A stretch of 64,000 nt of DNA from contig OZ252149.1 in the NCBI GenBank assembly GCA_965248755.1, positions 768,001 through 832,000 of the forward strand, written 5' to 3'. This DNA is from Candidatus Latescibacterota bacterium (GTDB taxonomy: Bacteria > Latescibacterota > CBDEFO01). This document shows, in pieces, positions 1-9,022 of the stretch (positions are counted from its first letter, which is position 1; every line of letters begins with the position of its first letter). Under the pieces are notes generated by a model. It searched no databases and was not told the DNA's origin. It was given only the letters and a program-made list of their open reading frames with translations. Position numbers and translations under genes: made by a program.

Positions 1-1073
1 ACTTTGCGTATCCAGAAGTGCGCGCCGAGAGATTCGCTCTGGCCGAGGAAACGGTCAATAGGTACGATGTAGATGGCTTCGAGATCGATTGGGACTTCTG
101 GCCTTACTTCTTCGAGGAAGACGAAGTCGAACAGAACACACCGATCCTAACTGAGTATATGCGCGAGCACAGGCTGATGATCGACGAGACGGCCAAAAGG
201 CGCGATAGGTCTATCGTGTTTGGAGCGCGCGTCCTCCCGACGCTCGCAGGAAATCTGGCTGCTGGCATGGACGTTGAGACGTGGGTGAAGGAGGGTCTGC
301 TGGACTTTGTGGTGCCCAACTACTACGTGGACGAACAGATGGACGCGGATCTCCCGTTCGAGTGGCTCGTCGAACTGACGCGCGGGTCGAGCTGTAAGGT
401 GTTCTCCGCGCTTCAGCGACAGATAGGGCGCCCGGCCGAAGAAGACGGAGAGCCTGTAGGGGAAGAGATGGCGACCCCAGAGCACTACCACGCAGGAGCC
501 GCAGCGTACTGGAGCAAGGGCGCCGACGGCATATACCTACCCTGGTTCAACTGGCCGATCGTCGCCCCCGACCGTAAGGTGCTCTCCGAGATTCACGACC
601 CCCACTTACTTTCTCAAGAGACGAAACACTATGTGGTCAGGGGCCATAAAGAGGACGCTGCCAGCCACGACTACACAGCTCAGTTGCCCGTGCTCTTAAT
701 CAATGGGCAGGATGTCCCCGGACAGACAGTGCGCCTCTTCATCGCGGATGACCCGGAGAAGGTGGACGCAATTTTGAGAGTCCGTCTGAGATTCACCACA
801 ATCCATGACTCGCTGACGGTAAGCGTGAATGGACAGGCTCTATCCAACGATAGTTGCCGGCGAGAACCACACAACTACACTCCGGTGGAGGCTACATTGT
901 CTGGAAAGGGTATAAGCTCAGTTGCGTACACCTGGTTGGAGTACCCGGTGCCGCTCGGAGTGCTGCGAAATGGGGCGAACGAAGTCGGGGTCGCGATACA
1001 CTCCCGGCCTCCAAACTTAGAAGGTCAGGTCGTGCTGGACAGAGTAGATCTGATTGTGAAATATCCTGTTTAG
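1..1073 (+). CDS. GHL10/DUF187-like glycoside hydrolase TIM-barrel protein, 5'-truncated by window edge
   Basis: Frame is open back to position 3 (FAYPEVR...). YDVDGFEIDW and GADGIYL motifs; C-terminal beta-sandwich (LRNGANEV). Confidence 0.65.
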   Translation, partial: FAYPEVRAERFALAEETVNRYDVDGFEIDWDFWPYFFEEDEVEQNTPILTEYMREHRLMIDETAKRRDRSIVFGARVLPTLAGNLAAGMDVETWVKEGLLDFVVPNYYVDEQMDADLPFEWLVELTRGSSCKVFSALQRQIGRPAEEDGEPVGEEMATPEHYHAGAAAYWSKGADGIYLPWFNWPIVAPDRKVLSEIHDPHLLSQETKHYVVRGHKEDAASHDYTAQLPVLLINGQDVPGQTVRLFIADDPEKVDAILRVRLRFTTIHDSLTVSVNGQALSNDSCRREPHNYTPVEATLSGKGISSVAYTWLEYPVPLGVLRNGANEVGVAIHSRPPNLEGQVVLDRVDLIVKYPV

Positions 1074-1242
1074 AAGCTACTCTAATACGATTCTTGCCGT
1101 GCAGCGGATTGAACAGGGATAGCCAGGCTATTAAATGCAAAGTGACGAAACTGTAGCCAGACCCCCATCGATAGAACACCATAATTCTCGTGCACTTCGC
1201 GAATGTAGTAAAGTAACGGCGCAGTGAGGTATAATAACTCCT

Positions 1243-2220
1243 ATGAAACTTGGAATGACGTCGGGCTGCTATCGCTGGGATCTGAGCCTGCAGGAAGATC
1301 TCACTTACACCGAGCTGGTAGAGGGCCACCAGGGAGCACTTATACGGTCCCAACGCCAGCGCCCTGAGTTCAACTATATGGGACACCCCATCTTCTATTT
1401 CTCCTCTGTTCCTTCCTTCTTGTCCGAAGAGGAAAGTCTCATGTGGTTGATCCGACACACCGCTGATCTGGGACTTACCGTCTTATGTGCGTCTTTTGGG
1501 TTGGGGCAGGCTTTGGAACCCGGCGCTCTTAAACAGATTAAACAATCGCTGGCAGAGGGACAAGTGGAGATAGTGCCGATCGTGTCCTTGAATTGGGCGG
1601 CCGAAGACTATGAATCAGAGGTGCAGACGTTCCTGCCTGGCCTGGAGACGGCTGAAGCTTTGGGAGCCACGGTCGTGTGCACCACCCACAGCCGAGCTGT
1701 AGACTACAACCACTTCACCCACGATCCACCGGTTGAGCAGCAATTAGATCGTGCCACACGGCTCTTCACCTGCCTGGGAGCCATGGCCGCAGAGCGCAAG
1801 ATGGTCATCGCTCTGGAGAATCATATGGACTATACCTCACAAGAACTGGTCAGTCTCATCAAGGCCGTAAACTCGCCCTGGGTACGAGCCACACTGGATA
1901 CGGGAAATCCTATTGCCCTCATCGAGGATCCTGTGGACGCCGCAACAAGACTTGCTCCTTACACGGTTCTGGTGCATTTCAAGGATCTGCGGATCCAGCC
2001 GATAACGCAGGACGGTGTACCGATGATCTTCGGTGCTCCCATCGGCCGGGGCCACATAGATCTTGCGTCTGTTCTGGAGATTCTCCAGACTCGAGCTCCG
2101 GATTCGCAACATTTGCCACTCTGTCTTGATCTGGTTCCTCACCGCACCGCTGATAGCCAGCAGTGGGTGCGAGGAAGCTTTGACTATATACGAACGCACT
2201 TCGAGCGATTCCTCATTTAA
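1243..2220 (+). CDS. Sugar phosphate isomerase/epimerase (xylose-isomerase-like TIM barrel)
   Basis: ALENH, LDTGN and VHFKD metal motifs; PIGRGHID. Confidence 0.8.
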   Translation: MKLGMTSGCYRWDLSLQEDLTYTELVEGHQGALIRSQRQRPEFNYMGHPIFYFSSVPSFLSEEESLMWLIRHTADLGLTVLCASFGLGQALEPGALKQIKQSLAEGQVEIVPIVSLNWAAEDYESEVQTFLPGLETAEALGATVVCTTHSRAVDYNHFTHDPPVEQQLDRATRLFTCLGAMAAERKMVIALENHMDYTSQELVSLIKAVNSPWVRATLDTGNPIALIEDPVDAATRLAPYTVLVHFKDLRIQPITQDGVPMIFGAPIGRGHIDLASVLEILQTRAPDSQHLPLCLDLVPHRTADSQQWVRGSFDYIRTHFERFLI

Positions 2221-2256
2221 TATTGCCTGTCGCCAACAAAAAAAGAAGGTTAAAAG

Positions 2257-3183
2257 ATGAAATTAGGCATTTCTATGGCCTGTTATCGCTGGGAGCTCTA
2301 CCCCCATTTACATCGAGGTCAACCTGATTTTCTCTATAACGGCCGTCCCTTGCTCTATTTCTCCTCCATACCCGATGCGCTTCCCGAAGAAGAGGGTATG
2401 GAATGGCTGATCAATCACATCGCCGACCTGGGCCTATCAGTGCTCTACGGAAATTCGAAAAAGTTTCAGGAGCCAGAGTACCGGAGGCGTATACGAAAGC
2501 TGTTGGAGGAGAAAGAAATGGAGTTTGTCCCCAGTGGAGCTGTGGACTGGGTGGCTACAGGAGATGAAGCTGAACAGGATAGGGCGGCGTTTAGCGAAGA
2601 ATTGGAGGTCGCGAGGGCGTTGGGGGCCCGGGTGATAGACACCACGCACACGGGAGTGTCCTGCAACAATCATTTTACCAAGGATCCGCCTATCGAACGC
2701 CAAATCGAAATCATGATTGAGAACTTCAAGCGCCTGTCCGAGATCGCTGAAGACTATGGCATAGTCATTGCATTAGAAAACCATCTGGACTATCGTTGTA
2801 GTGAGATCGCCCAGGTGATTGAGGGGGTGGATTCGCCCTGGCTACAAGCCATGTTGGATACGGGCAACTCCGTCGGTGTAATCGAAGATCCAGTTGATGC
2901 AGCGCGCAGTGTCGCCCCTTACACGGTTATGGTACATATCAAAGATTTCCGTATCCAAGCCATGTCAGTGGATGCTGTGCCCAAGATTTTTCTGGTTCCC
3001 CTGGGCCGCGGTCAGATTGATCTTGAGACGATAATGGAGATTCTCCAAGAACAAGCTCCAGACCCTGAAAATCTCCGGCTGTGTATTGAAGCCATCGGCC
3101 CATGGGAGCAGGACAGCGACCTGTGGGTACGGGAGAACATCCGCTACATCCGGGAGCACTTCACCCAGTTCTTAACATCCTGA
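2257..3183 (+). CDS. Sugar phosphate isomerase/epimerase, paralog of the upstream gene
   Basis: ALENHLD, LDTGN, VHIKD and CIE motifs; RBS-like GAAGG; shares CYRW, YFSS and NHFTxDPP with 1243-2220. Confidence 0.8.
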   Translation: MKLGISMACYRWELYPHLHRGQPDFLYNGRPLLYFSSIPDALPEEEGMEWLINHIADLGLSVLYGNSKKFQEPEYRRRIRKLLEEKEMEFVPSGAVDWVATGDEAEQDRAAFSEELEVARALGARVIDTTHTGVSCNNHFTKDPPIERQIEIMIENFKRLSEIAEDYGIVIALENHLDYRCSEIAQVIEGVDSPWLQAMLDTGNSVGVIEDPVDAARSVAPYTVMVHIKDFRIQAMSVDAVPKIFLVPLGRGQIDLETIMEILQEQAPDPENLRLCIEAIGPWEQDSDLWVRENIRYIREHFTQFLTS

Positions 3184-3347
3184 AGATGCGTCTCTCGGGC
3201 TCTGATATTTGTCAGAGGGTCGCACATGAACCCTGAGATCGTACCACAATGGATACGATGCCATCCGGTGAACCTGAGAATCCCGGAGAACGGCACGGAA
3301 AGAGCGAATTAGTGTAACTCTCTATACTGTACTTGTTTGGAGGAATT

Positions 3348-4595
3348 ATGCTCTTCAACAAAGAGCGGGCTGTGGAGTATATGCGTCGTTACGATTTAGA
3401 TGTGCTCATTGCTACCTCGCCTGTCAACATCACCTATTTCTCGGATTACTACTGCTGGCTCGATTCGTCGTTCAAAGAGTACATGATTACGCCAGGAGCA
3501 TCCAGCAACTTGTTCCAGGCATATGCAGTCTTCCCGCTGGAAGGCGAACCCGCCCTCGTCGTCAGCCCGCTCTTTGCGGTGAATGCGGCCGACCTGTGGG
3601 TGCGCGACTTACATATCTTCGGCGACCCCGGACTGGACGACTCTTTGCCTCCGGGCGAGCTGCCCGACACTATCAACCGCTTAAATGAACTGGTTCATGG
3701 GCCGCAGCGCAATGCAACGTCCACAGACGCGCTCTTGAGCATCTTGAGCGGGCGGGGACTGACTGGCGCTCGCATCGGACTGGAGATGGAGAGCCTGCCT
3801 GTGGAGATAGCAGATGCAATTGCGCGAGCACTGCCGGGGGCAACAATTAAGGATTGCACGAATCTCATCCGCTTAATTCGAATGGTAAAAAGTTCAGAGG
3901 AGAACACCCGGGTGACCCGAGCAGCCCAGATCAACGAAGAGGCCGCAATGGAAAGCCTTGCCCTGGCTCGTCCAGGTACCCCGGTCGCCGATCTTGTCGC
4001 CTGCTATCGTTCGCGTGTGGCTGAGTTGGGCGCAGAGTTCGAGCATTTTGCATTCGGGGTGCGCGGTCTGGGCATTGCCACTGAGCCGAACTATGTGCTG
4101 ACCGATGACGATCTCCTCTACGTGGATTCTGGCTGCATTTATCAGCATTATTTTTCGGACAGCGGCACGACACTCACGATGTCCGAACCTTCGACAGATC
4201 TCTTTGAAAGGCACGCTGCCCTGCGCGCCTGCATAGCGTCAGGTGTCGAGACAATCGAGCCGGGAGCCAGAGCATCTGCTGTGAGTGATGCAATGTGGAA
4301 AACTCTCAATGCCCACGGCATCACTGCATCTTTTCCGCACGGGCACGGCCTTGGACTGGAAGTCCGCGATTACCCGATCGTTGTGGCGGACAACGGGCTG
4401 CGCATCCGGGACGATTGCGTCGACGTTCCCTCTGATCTGCCCCTTGAATCGGATATGGTAATAAATCTGGAGGCGGGCATCTTTATGCCCGCCATCGGTT
4501 CGTTACAGATCGAGCAATCCTTCGTTGTTACAGCTAACGGGTGTAGATCGCTTGTGCCCCAGGATCGGACACGACCGGTGCAGCCCCCAGCTTAA
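3348..4595 (+). CDS. M24 family (Xaa-Pro peptidase/creatinase-like) metallohydrolase
   Basis: Creatinase-like N-domain; RMVKS, D..D, HGHGLG, NLEAG and IEQ ligands; GGAGG RBS before ATG 3348. Confidence 0.85.
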   Translation: MLFNKERAVEYMRRYDLDVLIATSPVNITYFSDYYCWLDSSFKEYMITPGASSNLFQAYAVFPLEGEPALVVSPLFAVNAADLWVRDLHIFGDPGLDDSLPPGELPDTINRLNELVHGPQRNATSTDALLSILSGRGLTGARIGLEMESLPVEIADAIARALPGATIKDCTNLIRLIRMVKSSEENTRVTRAAQINEEAAMESLALARPGTPVADLVACYRSRVAELGAEFEHFAFGVRGLGIATEPNYVLTDDDLLYVDSGCIYQHYFSDSGTTLTMSEPSTDLFERHAALRACIASGVETIEPGARASAVSDAMWKTLNAHGITASFPHGHGLGLEVRDYPIVVADNGLRIRDDCVDVPSDLPLESDMVINLEAGIFMPAIGSLQIEQSFVVTANGCRSLVPQDRTRPVQPPA

Positions 4596-4663
4596 ATCGA
4601 GCCACATGAGAGTTCTGATCTCTCAATAGATTCAAACGGGAAGATCGAAAGGTAGAGACTGCA

Positions 4664-5506
4664 ATGGCATCAACACGACTCACCGACCAGCAGATGGCTT
4701 TCTTCGACACGTTCGGCTTCCTGTACTTTCCCGCGCTGCTGGCTGACTGCATCAAAAATATAATCAGCGAGTTCGAGGCCATCTGGACAGCTCACGGCGG
4801 CGGGCACCACGGCAAAGACCACGACGGCGTGAGTCGCTCCTGCATCCTCCCGTTCCCCGATCAAAGCGAGTACCTAAGCTCTCTCCTGGATGACCCGCGC
4901 ATCCACGACATCGCTGCCAGTATCTGCTGCGACGACTTCAATTACACAAGCGGCGACGGCAACTTCTACGCCAGTGACACGAATTGGCACTCCGACGGCT
5001 ACAGCGGAGAGCGGATACTGAGCATCAAGATCGCTTTCTACCTCGACCAGCTGACGCGCGACACCGGAGCCCTGCGTGTGATCCCCGGCAGCCACCGCTG
5101 CGGCGACGCCTATGCCGATGCCATTGACCGCGACATCCGGGAAGGCGAGCAAGTCTGGGGGCTTCACGGCAGAGAAGTCCCGGCCCTGGTCCTGGAGACA
5201 ACACCCGGCGACATAGTAGTCTTCAACCACAACCTCAAGCACGCCGCCTTCGGCGGGTCAGTGCGCAGACGGATGTTCACGATGAACTTCTCCCGCCGCT
5301 ATCCCGACGATAGACTCGAGGAGTTGCGCGCCGTGCTGGGCAAAGAGGCGCGATTCTGGATCGATCGCATCCACGGCGAAGCGATGATCCGCACCGCAGG
5401 GGCAGAGCGGATGGTACACCTTGAGCAGGTGATGGCCAATGACACTCACCTTGCCGAGCTGACCCGGCAGCTCAAAGCGAAAATGAAAGAACCATCGCGC
5501 GGCTAA
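4664..5506 (+). CDS. PhyH-family Fe(II)/2OG dioxygenase
   Basis: FFDTFGFL, WHSD...H facial triad, GALRVIPGSH. Confidence 0.85.
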   Translation: MASTRLTDQQMAFFDTFGFLYFPALLADCIKNIISEFEAIWTAHGGGHHGKDHDGVSRSCILPFPDQSEYLSSLLDDPRIHDIAASICCDDFNYTSGDGNFYASDTNWHSDGYSGERILSIKIAFYLDQLTRDTGALRVIPGSHRCGDAYADAIDRDIREGEQVWGLHGREVPALVLETTPGDIVVFNHNLKHAAFGGSVRRRMFTMNFSRRYPDDRLEELRAVLGKEARFWIDRIHGEAMIRTAGAERMVHLEQVMANDTHLAELTRQLKAKMKEPSRG

Positions 5507-5621
5507 CGAAGTTAGCTCTTAATTGAACAGCATACAGGGGGGCGAGATCCCTTCTACTGTCTACGACTATATCCCGATTGAACCTCCGATTATTTCGGAG
5601 ATTGGGGAAAGGAAATGCGAC

Positions 5622-6668
5622 ATGGCACGTTTCAAAGTAGCGTTAGTCGCACTGGATGAACAGTTGTCACATGATGAAGCCTTGCCACCTGATTGGATAG
5701 CTGAGAGTCTGGCAAAAGCAGGCATTGACTTCATTGTTAGGGAATGTACCACACAGGAGGAACTGGCACAGCATGCCGGTGATGCGGATGTGGTGTGGGT
5801 GTTCGGCGGCAGGCCGGTGGTTACGGCCGAGAGCCTGAAGGTCATTCCGCGCTGCGGGGCAATCATCCGAACTGGCAGTGGTACGGACAACATACCGGTA
5901 GACGAGGCGACTCAGTTGGGTATCGTCGTCGCTAATACCCCGGAAGGGGTCAGCGATGAGGTGTCTGATCACGCCATCGGCTTGTTGTTGGCTGTCGTAC
6001 GGCAGATTGCTGTTCAAGATCGCGCGCTGCGCAGCGGTAAATGGGATTTCACGCTGGGCCGGCCACGCTGGCACATACGTGGACAGACATTAGGATTGAT
6101 CGGCTTCGGACACATCGCGCGTACCGTTGTGCGAAAAGTGAGTGGGTTCGACATGACGATCCTGGCGTATGACCCATATGTGAACGCCGAGACGATGGCA
6201 AAAGAGGGAGTACGCCCTGCGGGACTCGACGACGTGCTGTCCCAATCTGATTTTGTGTCGGTTCACTGTCCGCTCGTGAAAGATACGTATCACCTGATCG
6301 GCGAGCGCGAATTGGGGCTGATGAAGTCCACATCAATCTTGATCAACACATCGCGCGGCTCGGTTATTGACGAGCCCGCATTGGTCTCTGCACTGACCGA
6401 AGGTTCGATCGCGGCGGCTGGGCTGGATGTGTTTGAGCAAGAGCCACCAGATCCAGCCAACCCGCTGTTCAAACTCGACAACGTTGTGGTTACACCCCAT
6501 ATAGCAGGCTGGTCAGATCAACACATGGAAGCCTTCTGGCGCTTATCTTATGAGACCGTGATAGCACTGGCGTCAGGCCATTGGCCGCGCTCTTGTGTCA
6601 ACCCCCAATTGAAACTATCGGGGGTCAACTTAAAGGTGAAGCCGCGTTGGAACCTGACCCCCGATTGA
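5622..6668 (+). CDS. D-2-hydroxyacid dehydrogenase (phosphoglycerate dehydrogenase/CtBP-like)
   Basis: GLIGFGHIA, INTSRG, LDVFEQEP, TPHIAG; ATG 5622 follows AAGGA. Confidence 0.9.
   Translation: MARFKVALVALDEQLSHDEALPPDWIAESLAKAGIDFIVRECTTQEELAQHAGDADVVWVFGGRPVVTAESLKVIPRCGAIIRTGSGTDNIPVDEATQLGIVVANTPEGVSDEVSDHAIGLLLAVVRQIAVQDRALRSGKWDFTLGRPRWHIRGQTLGLIGFGHIARTVVRKVSGFDMTILAYDPYVNAETMAKEGVRPAGLDDVLSQSDFVSVHCPLVKDTYHLIGERELGLMKSTSILINTSRGSVIDEPALVSALTEGSIAAAGLDVFEQEPPDPANPLFKLDNVVVTPHIAGWSDQHMEAFWRLSYETVIALASGHWPRSCVNPQLKLSGVNLKVKPRWNLTPD
6603..6623. repeat. 21-nt palindromic dispersed repeat, in-frame copy
   Basis: CCCCAATTGAAACTATCGGGG flanked on both sides by GTCAAC. Confidence 0.85.
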
Positions 6669-6756
6669 ATCTATCGGGGGAGATCGGGGGCCATTGTCTG
6701 CTGGAGATCAGGGGAATTGCATTTCACATCAAGCCGAACCATAGGGAGGTCATACG

Positions 6757-7833
6757 ATGAAATTGGGTCTGTTCATGATGCCGCTGCATCCTCCGGAAAA
6801 AGACCGGACAGAGTGTTTCGAGGAGGACATCGAGCTGGTCGTTCGCGCAGACGAGCTCGGGTTTACCGAGGCCTGGATCGGCCAACACAATACGCTGGCC
6901 TGGGAGCCCATCCCGTCTAATGACCTGTTCATTGCCAATGTGCTGCCACGCACCAAGAACATCCGCCTGGGCACCGGAGTATCCATTGTTCCCCAGCACC
7001 ATCCAGCCAATATCGCTGTCCGTCTGGCGTTTCTGGATCATCTATCCCGCGGCCGTCTGAATTGCGGTTTTGGGCAGGGAGGGGTGCCGACCGATTGGGG
7101 GTTGTTCAACCTGCCTGACCCAAAGACCCAGGGGCTGATGACACTGGAGGGGATCGATATGGTCCTGAAATTGTGGCAATCCGAAGCCCCCTTCGACTTC
7201 CAGGGGCAATTCTGGCGTATAAAGGTCGAAAATCCCGATCATGAGTTCGGGATAGGAACACTGCTCAAGCCGTACCAGAAACCACACCCACCGCTGGCAA
7301 TGAGCGTGGTCAAGGGTACCTCAATGGCGGCTAGTACGGCTGGGCAGCGCGGGTACATACCCATAAGCACGAATCTTGTTCCTGCTACTACGGTCGCCGA
7401 ACACTGGCGGACTTATTGCGCCGGTGCCCAGGAAGCGGGTCGACCTGAACCTGACCGCTCAATCTGGCGCGTCTCACGAAACATCTATGTCGGCGAATCG
7501 AACGAAGAAGCATGGGAGCACACCCTGAACGGTACGTTCGGGCGCTCTTTCAAGTACCTGAGAACAATACTCAAATCGCTGGATATGCTGGCGCTGATCA
7601 AGCAGGATCCGGACATGTCCGATGATGAGCTGACACTGGAATACATCCTGAAGAACAATTGCATAATAGGTGATGTGGACGAGTGCATCCGTCAGCTTGA
7701 GGTTGTATGTGACGTGACCGGCGGTTTCAGCACGCTGCTTATGATAACGCAGGACTGGGACGACAAAGCAAAGTGGGTGCGCTCGATGGAGCTGCTGGCA
7801 AGGGAGGTCGTGCCCGCTCTACCGACTATCTGA
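6757..7833 (+). CDS. LLM-class flavin-dependent monooxygenase
   Basis: ADELGFTEAWIGQH, IRLGTGV, LDHLSRGR, PYQKPHPP; GGGAGG RBS. Confidence 0.9.
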   Translation: MKLGLFMMPLHPPEKDRTECFEEDIELVVRADELGFTEAWIGQHNTLAWEPIPSNDLFIANVLPRTKNIRLGTGVSIVPQHHPANIAVRLAFLDHLSRGRLNCGFGQGGVPTDWGLFNLPDPKTQGLMTLEGIDMVLKLWQSEAPFDFQGQFWRIKVENPDHEFGIGTLLKPYQKPHPPLAMSVVKGTSMAASTAGQRGYIPISTNLVPATTVAEHWRTYCAGAQEAGRPEPDRSIWRVSRNIYVGESNEEAWEHTLNGTFGRSFKYLRTILKSLDMLALIKQDPDMSDDELTLEYILKNNCIIGDVDECIRQLEVVCDVTGGFSTLLMITQDWDDKAKWVRSMELLAREVVPALPTI

Positions 7834-7844
7834 GTACAGATTAT

Positions 7845-7919
7845 GGCTAGCGCTTAGGGCTACCGCTTACGGCTACTGCTTACGGCTACTGCTTACGGCT
7901 ACCGCTTAGGGCTAGCGCG
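7845..7919 (+). repeat. 13-bp tandem repeat, about 5.8 copies, GGCTA(C/G)(C/T)GCTTA(C/G)
   Basis: Units start at 7845, 7858, 7871, 7884, 7897 and 7910 (partial). Confidence 0.9.
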
Positions 7920-8098
7920 GAACGGCGTTTGGTTCGATGCTGCAACATTAAATGGAAGGGCCACTTTGCGGCTGGGCCAAAGCTTGCAGGTACCCAGGAA
8001 CACTTTCCGCAGTATTAATTTCCAGACAACGACCCGACCCTCGATCCAGTCGGGGGTTCAATCGGGGAGTGCCGAGGAGCACTTCAGTTTGATGTGCA

Positions 8099-8166
8099 GG
8101 GCTTAAACCCTCCTTGGGCTTAAACCTTTCTTGGGCTTAAACCTTTCTTGGGCTTAAACCTTCCTT
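8099..8166 (+). repeat. 17-bp tandem repeat x4, GGGCTTAAACC(T/C)T(T/C)CTT
   Basis: Units start at 8099, 8116, 8133 and 8150. Confidence 0.95.
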
Positions 8167-8182
8167 GCACATGGGTGAACCT

Positions 8183-8932
8183 ATGAATACGGAATTTATT
8201 GCTGATTTTGAAGTCTATATGCCCGCAGAATTTGACGGAAAACCGTATGGAAAGGCAGGTTTGCTGGGTGTGGCAGACGAAGCGGGGATCGATACCTGTG
8301 TCGTATTTCCCGGAGGTTTACCACCGGATCCACATAAAATCAACATGCAAGTCCTTAACGCAGCCAAGGGTGAATCGCGCATTATACCGGGATGTCTCAT
8401 CAATCCGACTATGGGATCCGAGGCATGCGAAGAGCTGAGGCGTTGTGTGGATGCGGGTGCACGGACGCTCAAACTTATGGCTGCGGCTCATGGGTATCGC
8501 CTGGACTCGTTCTGTGTTGATCCAATCATGGAGCTGGCAGGTTCCCTGGACATACCAGCAACGATTCATTCGGGTTCACCGATGAGCGGGTGTTCACCCG
8601 GATACATAGCCACTCTTGCAGAGAGGCACCCGGACGTGACGATCATCATGGATCACATGGGGTATCGTGAGTGGATCAACCTGGCCGTGGAGGCAGCAGT
8701 GGAGAATTCTAATATCTATCTCGGTACAACGCTTATCGCTGCGGCAGAGCCGATAAGAATCAAGGAAATTGTACGCAGTGGAGAAATCGGTGCAAATCGC
8801 ATCGTTTTTGGATCTAACTCTCCGAGTGGGGTCGCCGTACATGGAGTAAATGGCATCCGGAAGATCGGGTTTGCCGATGAAGAGGCCGCCCTCATCCTTG
8901 GAGGCAATCTAAAGGCGATTTACGGACTCTAA
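8183..8932 (+). CDS. Amidohydrolase_2 family TIM-barrel metallohydrolase
   Basis: IHSG, IMDHMG and RIVFGSNSP motifs; alternative start at 8171. Confidence 0.8.
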   Translation: MNTEFIADFEVYMPAEFDGKPYGKAGLLGVADEAGIDTCVVFPGGLPPDPHKINMQVLNAAKGESRIIPGCLINPTMGSEACEELRRCVDAGARTLKLMAAAHGYRLDSFCVDPIMELAGSLDIPATIHSGSPMSGCSPGYIATLAERHPDVTIIMDHMGYREWINLAVEAAVENSNIYLGTTLIAAAEPIRIKEIVRSGEIGANRIVFGSNSPSGVAVHGVNGIRKIGFADEEAALILGGNLKAIYGL

Positions 8933-9022
8933 AGATTTGAGTGGTGCGGCACTTTGTGTTGCTCAATTGGATCCCCCAGATCGAATGCATATGGTGCATA
9001 TAGATAATACAGGAGCTCTCCT

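Noticed and set aside
7845..8166. CRISPR array
   Set aside because: Units are contiguous with no unique spacers, and no cas genes are present.
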